Positions 55,140-64,000 of a stretch of DNA of 64,000 nucleotides are shown here, piece by piece. Numbering within the stretch: position 1 is the first letter of the stretch; the number at the start of each line of letters is the position of its first letter. The notes below the pieces were generated by a model, which saw only the letters and a program-made list of their open reading frames with translations, searched no databases and was not told the DNA's origin. The stretch is from Stellaceae bacterium (GTDB lineage: Bacteria; Pseudomonadota; Alphaproteobacteria; ATCC43930; CGMCC-115725), in contig DATLKN010000025.1 in assembly GCA_035538335.1 (NCBI GenBank), positions 42,611 through 106,610 of the forward strand. Reading direction: 5' to 3'. Made by a program: the position numbers and the translations under genes.

Positions 55140-55644
55140 GAGCAAAGGGCCTGCCTCAACGGGCGAGAGCGCGGAACCCGAGGGCGCGGCGCGGCAGGGC
55201 GGGTTCCGCGCCGTCGGGGGCGCCGTCGCGAGGATCGCGGCGCCGATCGTGCGCCGGCGCGGCGGCGGCATCCTCGTGCGCCTGAAGGCGGAATGGGCGG
55301 CGATCGTCGGCGCCGAATCGGGCGCCGCGAGCTGGCCGGTGGCGCTCAGCCGCGACGGCGCGCTGAAACTGCGCGCGCCGTCTGCCGCCGCCCTCGAATT
55401 GCAGCACCGCGCGCCGCTGATCCTCGAGCGCATCAACGGACATTTCGGCCGCCCCGTCGTCGCGCGCCTCGTGTTGCAGCAGGGATCGCTGCCGCACCCC
55501 GCCGACCCCATCCGCCCGATGCCCGGCCGGCTTTCGGCGCGCGAGGAAAGCGCCCTCGACGGGCGGCTGTCGGCGGTCGCGGACCCCGAGCTGAAGGCGG
55601 CGCTCGCCCGCCTCGGCCGCGCCGTGGCAGGCAAACAGGATTGA
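55138..55644 (+). CDS. DUF721 (DciA-like) protein
   Basis: LKAEWAAIVG...LKLRAPSAAALELQHRAPLILERINGHFG is the typical DUF721 core. Confidence 0.75.
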   Translation: MSKGPASTGESAEPEGAARQGGFRAVGGAVARIAAPIVRRRGGGILVRLKAEWAAIVGAESGAASWPVALSRDGALKLRAPSAAALELQHRAPLILERINGHFGRPVVARLVLQQGSLPHPADPIRPMPGRLSAREESALDGRLSAVADPELKAALARLGRAVAGKQD

Positions 55645-55695
55645 CGTTGCGGCGGCGTTGCACGAACGAGCGAAACCCACTACCATCAACATATT

Positions 55696-56346
55696 GTGTC
55701 GAGGAAAGCTCTCATGCGGGAAATCTGGTTTGTTCTCCTGGCGGCATTCGGCCTGATCGCATTTCCGCCGGCCTATGCCGCGAGCCCGGCGACCCCGCCT
55801 GCGGCCGCTCAAGCCGTCCTCAAATTGAGCCAGCAGGATCGCATCCTCGGCAACCCGGCGGCGCCGATCACGATCATCGAATACGCCTCGATGTCCTGCC
55901 CGCACTGCGCGCATTTCCAGAACGAGATTCTGCCGACCATCAAAAAGGACTGGATCGATACCGGCAAAGCGAAACTCGTATTACGCGATTTCCCGCTCGA
56001 CAAGCCGGCGCTGCATGCCGCGATGATCGCGCGCTGCGCGCCGCCCGACCGATTCTATGCCTTTGCCGATACGTTCTTCTCGGCGCAGCCGCAATGGGTG
56101 ATGGCGCAAGACCAGCGCGCCGCGCTGGCGCGGCTGGCGAAGCTCGGCGGCATGGACGGCAATGCGGTCAACGCCTGCCTCGCCAACAAGATGCTCGAGA
56201 ACCAGGTGCTCGACAGCCGGCTCACCGCGGCGAAAGAGCTCGGCGTCGATTCGACCCCGACCTTCTTCGTTAACGGCACGCAGTTCAACGGCGCGCCGAC
56301 CGTTGCGCAGTTCGAAAAGCTGCTGTCCTCGGTGGCGAAATCCTGA
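55696..56346 (+). CDS. DsbA-family thiol:disulfide oxidoreductase
   Basis: Signal peptide (start at 55696 GTG or 55714 ATG). SCPHCAHF active site. C-terminal FFVNG. Confidence 0.85.
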   Translation: MSRKALMREIWFVLLAAFGLIAFPPAYAASPATPPAAAQAVLKLSQQDRILGNPAAPITIIEYASMSCPHCAHFQNEILPTIKKDWIDTGKAKLVLRDFPLDKPALHAAMIARCAPPDRFYAFADTFFSAQPQWVMAQDQRAALARLAKLGGMDGNAVNACLANKMLENQVLDSRLTAAKELGVDSTPTFFVNGTQFNGAPTVAQFEKLLSSVAKS

Positions 56347-56365
56347 GCGGCCGGCGGGGCGGGGC

Positions 56366-59300
56366 ATGCAGGTCGAACGGCTCCGCCTCGTCGGTTTCAA
56401 ATCCTTTGTCGATGCGGCCGAGCTGGCGATCGGGCCCGGCTTGACGGGCATCGTGGGCCCTAACGGCTGCGGCAAGTCGAATCTCGTCGAGGCATTACGC
56501 TGGGTGATGGGCGAGACCTCGGCGAAGCGGCTGCGCGGCGGCGAGATGGACGATGTGATCTTCGCCGGCACCGGTGCGCGGCCGCCGCGCAACATCGCCG
56601 AAGTCGTCCTGACCATCGACAACCGGGGGCGGCAGGCGCCCTTCGCCTTCAACGACCGCGACGAGATCGAGATCGTGCGGCGCATCGAGCGCGGCGGCGG
56701 CTCGGCCTATCGCGTCAACGGCCGCGAGGCGCGGGCGCGCGACGTGCAGATCCTGTTCGCCGACGCGGCGAGCGGGGCGCATTCGGCGGCGTTGTTGAGC
56801 CAGGGCCGGGTCGCCGCGCTGATCGAGGCGAAGCCGGCCGAGCGCCGGCTGCTGCTCGAAGAGGCCGCCGGCACCGCCGGGCTGCACGCCCGCCGCCGCG
56901 AGAGCGAATTGAGGCTCAAGGCGGCCGAGGACAACCTCGCGCGGCTCGACGATGTCGTGCTGACGATGGATAGCCAGCTCGAGGCGCTGAAAAAGCAGGC
57001 GCGGCAGGCGCAGCGCTATCGGCGGCTGGCCGAGCAGATCCGCCGCGCCGAGGCGCTGCTGCTGCGCGCCCGCTGGCTCGCCGCGGCGGCGGCGGCAGCA
57101 GAGAACGCCGCCGAGCTGCGCGCGGCCGAACGCGCGGTTGCTGCCGCCACCGAGGAAAGCCTGGCGCTTGGCCGGGAGCGCGAAACGGCCGAGGCGGCGC
57201 TGCCGCCATTGCGCCTCGCCGAAGCGGCGGCCGGAGCGGAGCTGCAGCGGCTGCGACGGGCGCGCGAATCGCTCGAGGACGAGCTGGCCCGGGTCGCCGC
57301 AGCGCAGGCCGAGGCCGAGCGGCGGCTGTCGCAGCTCGCCGCCGATCTGGCGCGCGAGGACGAGCACCGCGCCGACGCCGAGGCGGCGCTCGCGCGCCTC
57401 TCGCAGGAACGCGAAGTGGTTGCGGCGAGCGATGCCGGCGCGGCGCCGGCGCGCGAGGCGGCGCAGGCGCGGCTCGCCGAGGCGGCCGCCCGGCTCGCCG
57501 CGGCCGAGGCGCAATTGCAGGAAGCGACCGAGAAGAATGCCGCCGCCGCGGCGCAGCATGCCGCCCTCGCGAGCCAACGCCGGGAACTCGCCGAGCGCCG
57601 CGCCCGGCTCGAAGCACGGCGCGAAGAAGCGCGGCGCCAGGAGGCGGCGCTCAATTCGGCGCTGCCGCCGAGCGACGCCCGCGAGGCGGCGACGGCGGCG
57701 GTCGCCGCGGCGCAGCAGCAAGCAGCGGCGTGCCGCGCCGCCGCCGCGGCGAGCGAGAAGGGCCTCGGGCTGCACCTTGCGGCCGATGCCGAAGCGGGCG
57801 ATGCAGCGCGCGCGGCCGAAGGCCGTCTCGCCCGGCTGCAGGCCGAGGCGGCGGGGCTGCGCGCCATTCTGGCGGCGGCGGGCAAGCCCGCCGATGCCGC
57901 GGCCGGCCCGCCGGCATTCGCCGCGGTCACGGTCGCCGACGGGTTCGAGGCGGCGCTCGGAGCGCTCTTCGACGACGAACTGTCGGCGCCGATCGAGAGC
58001 GCGACGAGCCCCGCCGGGCGTGCCTGGATCAAACTGCCGGCGCTCGTCGAGGTGCCGCCGCTGCCGCCGGGCGCGCGGGCGTTTTCCGAGATCGTCGCCG
58101 CGCCAGCCGCGCTCGCCCGGCGGCTCGCCTTTGCCGGCTGGGTCGAGGACGCCGAGACCGGCCGGCATCTGCAGCCGCTGCTCGCACCGGGGCAACGGCT
58201 CGTCGACCGCAACGGCCGCCTGTGGCGCTGGGACGGGTTCGTGCGCACCGCGCCAGGCCGCTCGGCCGCCGCCGAGGCGGCGCGCCACAAGAACCGTCTC
58301 GCCCGGCTCGACCGCGAGATCGCGGGCTTCGCGGCGGAAGCGCAGCGCGCCCTGACAGAGGCGCAATCGGCGCGCCGAGGGCGCGAGGACGCCGCCGACG
58401 CCGACCGGCAGGCGCGCGCCGAATTGCGCGCGGCGGAGGCCGCGCTCACCGCCGCCGCCGCCGCCGAAGCCGGGCTCGCCCGCCGCGCCGTCGAAACGGA
58501 GGCGCGCCTCGCGGCGCTCGCGGAAGCCGCCGGCAAATTCGCCGCCGACCTCGCCGAGACGGCGAGCCTCGCCGATCGGGCCGAGCGCGAACTCTTGGCG
58601 CTTCCCGATCCGCTGTCGGCGCGCGCCGGGCTCGACGCGGCGCGCGCCCGCGCCGCCACCGCCCGCGCCGCCGAGGCGGAAGCAAAGGCGGCGATCGACC
58701 GGCTCGACCGCGAGACGGCCGGCCGGCGCGAGCGGCTCGCGGCGATCGAGATCGAAGAAGGCTCGTGGCAGAAGCGGCGGGAAGGGTCGCAGGCGCAGCG
58801 CGCCGCGCTGCTCGCGCGCCGGACCGCGCTCGACGAGGAGATGGCGGGGCTGGCCGCGCGGCCGCAGGCGATCGCGGCGGAAAGCGAGCGGCTGCTCGCG
58901 CTGATCGAGGCGGCGGCCGGCCGCTGCCGCGACGCCGCCGACGCGCTCGCCCGCGGCGAGGGCGCGCAGAAGCGGAAGGCCGAGGCGGCGCACCTCGCCG
59001 ACGAAGGGCTGGCGCAGGCGCGCGAGGGCCGGGCGCGCGCGCAGGTGCAGTGCACGGGCGCCGAAGAGACGCGGCAGCGGCTTTCCCGCGAGATCCGCGA
59101 GCGGCTCGACTGCGCCCCCGAGGGGCTCGCGCCGCTCGCCGGGGTAGGGCCCGACGAGCCGGCGGGCGACCCCGAGGAGACGGCGCGCCGGCTCGAGCGG
59201 CTGATGCGCGAGCGCGAGGCGCTGGGGCCCGTCAACCTCGTTGCCGAGGCGGAAGCCGCCGAGGTCGAGGCGCGCATCGAGGGGCTGGTGCGCGAGCGCG

Positions 59301-59848
59301 GCGACCTGCGCGAAGCGATCCTGCGCCTGCGCCGCGGCATCGCCGCGCTCGACGAGGAAGGCAGAAAGCGGCTCGTCGCCGCGTTCGAAGAGGTCAACGC
59401 GCATTTCGCGCAGCTCTTCGACCGGCTGTTCGGCGGCGGCAAGGCCTATATCGAGATGGTCGATGACGAGGACCCGCTCGCCGCCGGCCTCGAGATCATG
59501 GCGAGCCCCCCGGGCAAGCGCCTGCAGGCGCTGTCGCTCTTGTCGGGCGGCGAGCAGGCGCTGACGGCGCTGGCGCTCGTCTTTGCGATGTTCCTCACCA
59601 ACCCGGCGCCGGTCTGCGTGCTCGACGAGGTCGATGCGCCGCTCGACGACGCCAATGTCGATCGGCTCTGCTGCCTCGTCGGGGAGATCGCCGACACGAC
59701 CCGGACGCGCTTCGTCGTCGTCACCCACCACCGTATCACGATGGCGCGGGTCGACCGCCTCTTCGGCGTGACGATGGCGGAGCGCGGCGTCTCGCAGCTC
59801 GTCTCGGTCGATCTCGCCCGCGCCGCCGCGTTGCGCCAGACCGCCTGA
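56366..59848 (+). CDS. smc: Chromosome segregation protein SMC
   Basis: MQVERLRLVGFKSF...GPNGCGKSNLVEAL (Walker A). Long Ala/Glu/Arg coiled coils. LSGGEQALTALAL signature. VLDEVDAPLD Walker B. Confidence 0.95.
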   Translation: MQVERLRLVGFKSFVDAAELAIGPGLTGIVGPNGCGKSNLVEALRWVMGETSAKRLRGGEMDDVIFAGTGARPPRNIAEVVLTIDNRGRQAPFAFNDRDEIEIVRRIERGGGSAYRVNGREARARDVQILFADAASGAHSAALLSQGRVAALIEAKPAERRLLLEEAAGTAGLHARRRESELRLKAAEDNLARLDDVVLTMDSQLEALKKQARQAQRYRRLAEQIRRAEALLLRARWLAAAAAAAENAAELRAAERAVAAATEESLALGRERETAEAALPPLRLAEAAAGAELQRLRRARESLEDELARVAAAQAEAERRLSQLAADLAREDEHRADAEAALARLSQEREVVAASDAGAAPAREAAQARLAEAAARLAAAEAQLQEATEKNAAAAAQHAALASQRRELAERRARLEARREEARRQEAALNSALPPSDAREAATAAVAAAQQQAAACRAAAAASEKGLGLHLAADAEAGDAARAAEGRLARLQAEAAGLRAILAAAGKPADAAAGPPAFAAVTVADGFEAALGALFDDELSAPIESATSPAGRAWIKLPALVEVPPLPPGARAFSEIVAAPAALARRLAFAGWVEDAETGRHLQPLLAPGQRLVDRNGRLWRWDGFVRTAPGRSAAAEAARHKNRLARLDREIAGFAAEAQRALTEAQSARRGREDAADADRQARAELRAAEAALTAAAAAEAGLARRAVETEARLAALAEAAGKFAADLAETASLADRAERELLALPDPLSARAGLDAARARAATARAAEAEAKAAIDRLDRETAGRRERLAAIEIEEGSWQKRREGSQAQRAALLARRTALDEEMAGLAARPQAIAAESERLLALIEAAAGRCRDAADALARGEGAQKRKAEAAHLADEGLAQAREGRARAQVQCTGAEETRQRLSREIRERLDCAPEGLAPLAGVGPDEPAGDPEETARRLERLMREREALGPVNLVAEAEAAEVEARIEGLVRERGDLREAILRLRRGIAALDEEGRKRLVAAFEEVNAHFAQLFDRLFGGGKAYIEMVDDEDPLAAGLEIMASPPGKRLQALSLLSGGEQALTALALVFAMFLTNPAPVCVLDEVDAPLDDANVDRLCCLVGEIADTTRTRFVVVTHHRITMARVDRLFGVTMAERGVSQLVSVDLARAAALRQTA

Positions 59849-59871
59849 GGAGCGAGCCGGATCGGCCTCTT

Positions 59872-59983
59872 TGCGTCCTTCGAGACGGCCGCTTCGCGGC
59901 CTCCTCACGATGACGTCTTCCTCAATGCCATCAAGGATATCCGTCATGCTGAGGAGGCCCTAAGGGCGCGTCTCGAAGCACGC
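59872..59983. repeat. Repeat family C copy (MITE-like)
   Basis: GCGTCCTTCGAGACGGCCGCTTCGCGGCCTCCTCACGATGACG...CGTCATGCTGAGGAGGCCCTAAGGGCGCGTCTCGAAGCACGC: long imperfect inverted arms. Confidence 0.7.
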
Positions 59984-60061
59984 ATGACGGCGCTGCCGCC
60001 GCAGCGCTACCCCCTTGACGCTGCGGCAGAAAATGTCGCGGCGGCGGCAGCCGGGCGAGCC

Positions 60062-60090
60062 TTGACAGGTGGAATTCGCCCGATTAGGGT
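60062..60090 (+). promoter_or_regulatory. Sigma70-like promoter candidate upstream of the atp F0 operon
   Basis: TTGACA (60062-60067), exactly 17 nt, then TAGGGT (60085-60090). Confidence 0.3.
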
Positions 60091-60095
60091 GCCGC

Positions 60096-60131
60096 CCCGT
60101 TCCGGCCGCCTCGCGGCCGGAACGGGTTTTT
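60096..60131 (+). terminator. Intrinsic-terminator-like hairpin 20 nt upstream of the atpI ATG
   Basis: Perfect 14-bp stem CCCGTTCCGGCCGC / GCGGCCGGAACGGG with loop CTC, followed by TTTTT (60127-60131). Confidence 0.6.
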
Positions 60132-60150
60132 GCCGGCTGCGCGGCACCCC

Positions 60151-60492
60151 ATGAGCGAGAACGAGCCGCCGGACCCGCTGGCGGGCCTCGGCGAGCGGCT
60201 CGCCAAGGCGCGGCGGCAGATCGAGCAGCAGCGCCCCGCCGAGGGCGGCGCGGCGCCGCAGGGCTTGGCGGGTCTCGGCTTCCGCATCGGCATCGAGCTG
60301 GTCGCGTCGCTCGCCGTCGGCGTCGCGCTCGGCTGGGTCGTCGATCGTCTCGCTCATACCCGGCCGTGGGGCATCGTCGCCGGGTTTGTGCTCGGCGCCG
60401 CGGCGGGGCTGTTGAACGTGATGCGCGCGGTCGGCGGCGGCCTGCCGGGCGGCCCGCCGCAGCGGCGGAATCGGGACGGGAACGGAAGGTAG
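60151..60492 (+). CDS. atpI: ATP synthase protein I (AtpI)
   Basis: Small protein with two TM helices ([37 protein letters not shown]), immediately upstream of atpB. Confidence 0.75.
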   Translation: MSENEPPDPLAGLGERLAKARRQIEQQRPAEGGAAPQGLAGLGFRIGIELVASLAVGVALGWVVDRLAHTRPWGIVAGFVLGAAAGLLNVMRAVGGGLPGGPPQRRNRDGNGR

Positions 60493-60501
60493 GACAAGAA
60501 C

Positions 60502-61233
60502 GTGACGGTCAAAGGCGGACCCCTCGCGCAATTCGAAATCGAGCGGCTGGTTCCGATCCATATCGGCGGCTACGACATCTCCTATACGAATGCGGCCCTC
60601 TTGATGACGATCGCGGTGGCGCTGATCGCGCTCTTGCTGCTCGGCACGACGCGGCGCGCCGCGCTGGTGCCGACCCGGCTGCAATCGATGGCCGAACTTT
60701 CCTACGAATTCGTCGCCGGCATGGTGAACGAGAATGTCGGGCACGGCGGGGAAGAATTCTTCCCGCTCGTCTTCTCGATTTTCATGTTCATCCTGCTCGG
60801 CAACCTGCTGGGCCTCATTCCGTTCGGCTACGCCTTCACGAGCCAGGTCATCGTCACGACGGCCTTGGCCCTCTCCGTCTTTCTGCTGGCGACGATCGTC
60901 GCCTTCTGGAAGCACGGCATCCGCTTCGCCACCTTCTTCTTCCCGCCCGGCGCGCCCGTGATCCTGGCGCCGATCCTGGTGCCGATCGAGCTGATCTCCT
61001 ACCTGTCGCGGCCGGTCAGCCTCAGCCTGCGGCTCTTCGCCAACATGATGGCGGGGCACACCGTGATGGCGGTCTTCGCCGGCTTCACCGCCGTGCTCGG
61101 GATCTTCGGCTTTCTGCCGATCGCCGTCACCGCCGCCGTCTTTGCCCTCGAAATCGTCATCGCCGTGCTGCAGGCCTATGTCTTCGCCATCCTGACCTGC
61201 CTTTATCTGCACGATTCCATCCACATGCACTGA
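60502..61233 (+). CDS. atpB: F0F1 ATP synthase subunit a
   Basis: [13 protein letters not shown] (essential Arg motif), multi-pass membrane protein, GTG start. Confidence 0.95.
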   Translation: MTVKGGPLAQFEIERLVPIHIGGYDISYTNAALLMTIAVALIALLLLGTTRRAALVPTRLQSMAELSYEFVAGMVNENVGHGGEEFFPLVFSIFMFILLGNLLGLIPFGYAFTSQVIVTTALALSVFLLATIVAFWKHGIRFATFFFPPGAPVILAPILVPIELISYLSRPVSLSLRLFANMMAGHTVMAVFAGFTAVLGIFGFLPIAVTAAVFALEIVIAVLQAYVFAILTCLYLHDSIHMH

Positions 61234-61253
61234 CCTTCAGCAAAGGAAGCACC

Positions 61254-61481
61254 ATGGATCCGCAATCCGCCAAGATGATCGGCGCCGGGCTCGCCGCGAT
61301 CGCGCTCGCCGGGGTCGGCGTCGGCATCGGCAACGTCTTCGCCTCGCTCGTCAGCTCGATCGCGCGCAACCCGGCGGCGCGCGATCAGGTGTTCGGCATC
61401 GGCATGCTCGGCTTCGCGCTGACCGAGGCGGTGGCGTTCTACGCGCTGCTCGTCTCGCTGTTGCTGCTCTTCGTGTTCTAG
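61254..61481 (+). CDS. atpE: F0F1 ATP synthase subunit c
   Basis: [29 protein letters not shown]...RNPAARD...[15 protein letters not shown] (proton-binding Glu). Confidence 0.95.
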   Translation: MDPQSAKMIGAGLAAIALAGVGVGIGNVFASLVSSIARNPAARDQVFGIGMLGFALTEAVAFYALLVSLLLLFVF

Positions 61482-61487
61482 CGGCCG

Positions 61488-61982
61488 ATGCCGCAGCTCG
61501 ACGCCTCGACCTATCTGCCGCAGCTGTTCTGGCTCGCGGTCACGTTCATCGCGCTCTATCTGGTGATGCGCTATCTCGCGGTGCCGCGGGTCGGCGGCGC
61601 CATCGAGGCGCGGCGGCGCCGGCTCGAGGAGGACCTCGACCGCGCGAGCCGCATGAAGGCCGAGGCCGAGGCGGTCATCGCGGCGCATGAGAAGGTCCTG
61701 GCGAGCGCGCGGGCCGAGGCGCAGGCAACGCTGAAAGAGACCGCCGACAAGCTCGCCGCCGACGCCGCCGCGCGGCAGCGCGCGCTGGGCGAGAGCCTCA
61801 CGGCGGAAATCGTGGCGGCCGAGCGGCAGATCGCGGCGGAAAAGGAGCGCGTGCTTGCCGACATCCGCGGCGTTGCCGTCGATCTCGCGCAGTCGATCGC
61901 CGAAAAGCTGACGGGCGCGCCCGCCGGCGAGACGGCTGCCGGCGCGGTCGACCGGGCGCTCGCGGAACGGGTGCGGCAATGA
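61488..61982 (+). CDS. atpF2: F0F1 ATP synthase subunit b'
   Basis: N-terminal TM (LFWLAVTFIALYLVM) followed by a long charged Ala/Glu/Arg helix. First of two b-type genes. Confidence 0.85.
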   Translation: MPQLDASTYLPQLFWLAVTFIALYLVMRYLAVPRVGGAIEARRRRLEEDLDRASRMKAEAEAVIAAHEKVLASARAEAQATLKETADKLAADAAARQRALGESLTAEIVAAERQIAAEKERVLADIRGVAVDLAQSIAEKLTGAPAGETAAGAVDRALAERVRQ

Positions 61983-62470
61983 GCGAATTGCTGCACGATC
62001 CCGAATTCTGGGTGCTGATCGCCGGCATCCTGTGCATCGCCGCGATCTGGAAGCCGGTCCGGCGCATGATCGTCGGCGCGCTCGACGCGCGCGGCGCGCG
62101 CATCCGGGCCGAGCTCGACGAGGCGCGCAGCCTCGTCGAGGAAGCGGAGCGCGCGCTCGCCGAGCATCAGCGCCGGCAGCGCGACGCCGCGGCCGAAGCC
62201 GAAGAGATCCGCGCGCAAGCCCGCGCTGCGGCCGGGCGCCTCGAAGCGGAAGCCTCGAAAAGCCTCGCGCTCCTCATCGAGCGCCGGCGCCATCTTGCGT
62301 CGGAGCGCATCGCGCAGGCGCAGGCCGCCGCGCTCGCCGAGATCCGCTCGCTGACGGTCGACATCGCGATCGCCGCCGCCCGCGACATCATCGCCGCCTC
62401 GCTCGACGCGGCGCGCGGCAACGCGCTGATCGACGCCGCGATCGGCGCCCTGCCGCAACAGCTGCACTGA
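61979..62470 (+). CDS. atpF: F0F1 ATP synthase subunit b
   Basis: PEFWVLIAGILCIAAIW TM plus a long helix. ATGA overlap with the b' gene. Confidence 0.85.
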   Translation: MSELLHDPEFWVLIAGILCIAAIWKPVRRMIVGALDARGARIRAELDEARSLVEEAERALAEHQRRQRDAAAEAEEIRAQARAAAGRLEAEASKSLALLIERRRHLASERIAQAQAAALAEIRSLTVDIAIAAARDIIAASLDAARGNALIDAAIGALPQQLH

Positions 62471-62474
62471 GCCG

Positions 62475-62888
62475 CTAACACTCCGCCCGGCCGACGAAGC
62501 GGGCGATCGTCCGCAGAAATTCGGAAACCATGATCGGCTTTGCGATATAACCGTCGCAGCCGCTGTCGCGGGCGCGGCGCTCGTCGCCGGCCATCGCAAA
62601 AGCGGTGACGGCGATGACCGGGATGTCTTTCGTGCGCTCGTCCTCCTTGAGCCAGCGGGTGATTTCGAGACCCGACACGTCGGGCAACTGGACATCCATC
62701 AGGATCAGATCCGGCCGGGTCTCGCGCGCGAGGTTGATGGCTTCGAGCCCGTCGCCGGTCGAGACCGTCCGATAGCCGTGTGCCTCCAGAAGATCGACGA
62801 GGAGCTTCAGGTTGAGCGCGTTGTCCTCGACGATCAGGATGCCCGAGCGATGCGGCGGGGCCTCTTGCGGGTTCGCGTTTCTCGTCAT
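62475..62888 (-). CDS. divK: Single-domain CheY-like response regulator, DivK-like
   Basis: [26 protein letters not shown]...[46 protein letters not shown]...[10 protein letters not shown] is about two-thirds identical by eye to Caulobacter DivK as I recall it. Confidence 0.7.
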   Translation of the reverse strand: MTRNANPQEAPPHRSGILIVEDNALNLKLLVDLLEAHGYRTVSTGDGLEAINLARETRPDLILMDVQLPDVSGLEITRWLKEDERTKDIPVIAVTAFAMAGDERRARDSGCDGYIAKPIMVSEFLRTIARFVGRAEC

Positions 62889-62922
62889 CGGCGCTAAGAG
62901 TACGGTATTTTAGGAGAATGCA

Positions 62923-63735
62923 ATGAGAAATGCGCCGCGCCGGATCGCCTTCGTGCTGGCGGCGGCCGACCACGGAACGCTGATCGTCAACCGTTTCGAC
63001 CATCATGCGACCGGCACCGGGCAGGCGTTCGGCGTCGGCCTGCAGATCCTGCGCGGCGCCGCCTACGACCCGCAGGAAGTCGATCTCGCGCTGCAGTTGC
63101 TGGAATTGCGGCGCCGGCATTTCGGCGACGGCGTCATGGCGATCGATTGCGGCGCCAATATCGGGGTGCACACGATCGAATGGGCGAAACGCATGACCGG
63201 CTGGGGGTCGGTGCTGGCGATCGAGGCGCAGGAGCGCATCTTCTACGCGCTCGCCGGAAACATCGCGATCAACAACTGCTTCAACGCCCGCGCCGTCTTC
63301 GCGGCGGTCGCCGGGCAGGAGGGGAGGATGCGCGTCCCGATCCCCGATTACCAGATGCCGGCGAGCTTCGGCAGCCTCGAATTGCGGCCGCGCGACGGCA
63401 ACGAATTCATCGGCCAGAACATCGATTATTCCGATGCGGCGACGAGCGAGATCCGCACGCTCGCGCTCGACGGGCTGGGGCTCGAACGGGTCGATCTGCT
63501 CAAGATCGACATCGAGGGGATGGAAGAGGAGGCGCTCGCGGGGGCCGTCGGGCTGATCGCGCGCAGCCGCCCGATCCTGATTGTCGAATGGCTCAAATCG
63601 CCGCGCGACCGGCTCGAAGCGTGGCTTGTCGAGCGCGATTACCGGGTGTTCCAGATGGGCATCAACCTGCTCGCGATCCACGCCAACGATCCGAGCGTCG
63701 GACAGGTCAAAAAGCTCGACGCGCCCGCCGGGTAG
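62923..63735 (+). CDS. FkbM-family SAM-dependent methyltransferase
   Basis: MAIDCGANIGVHTIEWAK...VLAIEAQ...VDLLKIDIEGMEEEAL, the FkbM signature order. Confidence 0.85.
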   Translation: MRNAPRRIAFVLAAADHGTLIVNRFDHHATGTGQAFGVGLQILRGAAYDPQEVDLALQLLELRRRHFGDGVMAIDCGANIGVHTIEWAKRMTGWGSVLAIEAQERIFYALAGNIAINNCFNARAVFAAVAGQEGRMRVPIPDYQMPASFGSLELRPRDGNEFIGQNIDYSDAATSEIRTLALDGLGLERVDLLKIDIEGMEEEALAGAVGLIARSRPILIVEWLKSPRDRLEAWLVERDYRVFQMGINLLAIHANDPSVGQVKKLDAPAG

Positions 63736-63850
63736 TTTCTCGGTTTGGTCGGGGGAGCCGCCCTGCGTCCTTCCGCATCGTGCTTTTGCATGACGATCGC
63801 GATTTCGAACCGATGGTCCGCATCCTCGGGCGGCAGGCGATCCGATCGGC

Positions 63851-64000
63851 TTACGGCGCCGGGTGCAGTTCGAAGCCGGCGGGGCGGCTGGCCCGGCGCG
63901 CCGCCTCGGCGGGCGGCAAGGCCGCATCCCATAAATTGGCGTCGAAGCGGAAGCCGTTGACGCCGTCCGCTTCGCGCGAGACGACATAGAGCAAGGGCGG
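63851..64000 (-). CDS. C-terminal fragment of a gene entering from the right edge (SDR/epimerase-like tail?)
   Basis: Reverse translation gives PPLLYVVSREADGVNGFRFDANLWDAALPPAEAARRASRPAGFELHPAP*. Only 49 codons are visible. Confidence 0.4.
   Translation of the reverse strand, partial: PPLLYVVSREADGVNGFRFDANLWDAALPPAEAARRASRPAGFELHPAP

Noticed and set aside
56900-59300. Apparent low-complexity GCC/GCG/GAG periodicity suggesting tandem DNA repeats.
   Set aside because: It is the Ala/Glu/Arg-rich coiled-coil region of SMC. I saw no exact tandem unit, and the reading frame is intact across it.
56495-59947. 1150-aa ORF antisense to smc. Similar very long ORFs in the track: 42-1259(+), 9387-11429(-), 9689-11524(+), 19376-22411(+), 22590-24515(+), 25332-27695(+), 35370-37403(+), 41677-43521(-), 42405-44495(+), 45955-47634(-), 52876-54504(-), 53478-56273(+), 62167-63987(-).
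   Set aside because: These are GC-rich shadow ORFs. They lie opposite to, or out of frame with, genes that have clear family motifs. Their products are Arg/Ala/Gly/Pro-dominated low-complexity strings. Stop codons are simply rare at this G+C content.

Overview
High-GC chromosomal segment, by eye about two-thirds G+C. It looks like an alphaproteobacterium of the Hyphomicrobiales/Rhizobiales type: a split F0 operon atpI-B-E-F'-F, a DivK-like regulator, PuuE allantoinase, a mutY/DUF721/dsbA/smc block, and three families of GC-rich palindromic intergenic repeats. I support about 70 protein-coding genes. I found no rRNA, tRNA or CRISPR array.

Left to right:
- D-hydantoinase with a COG0523 metallochaperone.
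- A Liv-type ABC importer operon with an embedded acyl-CoA synthetase and an asparaginase.
- SDR, VOC, AhpD-like and DUF962 genes.
- asd and yejEF.
- An orphan Cache histidine kinase, a formyltransferase and glgA.
- An LLM oxidoreductase and a SAM-cyclase-STAND-TPR giant.
- A CoA-transferase with a VOC pair.
- A foreign-composition island at 28.7-32.7 kb.
- An MFS transporter, two tandem 2OG-oxygenases and a MetE-like gene.
- A split ACAD10/11-like dehydrogenase and kinase pair.
- puuE and a haloacid dehalogenase.
- A RamB-like regulator with aceA-aceB.
- A cspA / DEAD-box helicase / rpsU neighbourhood full of small ORFs.
- An orphan Rieske petA.
- rnhB, mutY, DUF721, dsbA and smc.
- The F0 ATP synthase genes.
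- A DivK-like regulator and an FkbM methyltransferase.

The most interesting locus is a strongly AT-shifted three-gene cassette at 30311-31764 on the minus strand. It encodes an orphan proteasome-beta/HslV-like N-terminal-threonine hydrolase. That gene is linked by 11-nt overlaps to two small proteins. The cassette sits between an IS1-family transposase and a FitAB/VapBC toxin-antitoxin pair, and I cannot assign it to any described system.

Many long ORFs in the supplied track are GC-driven shadow ORFs and were rejected.
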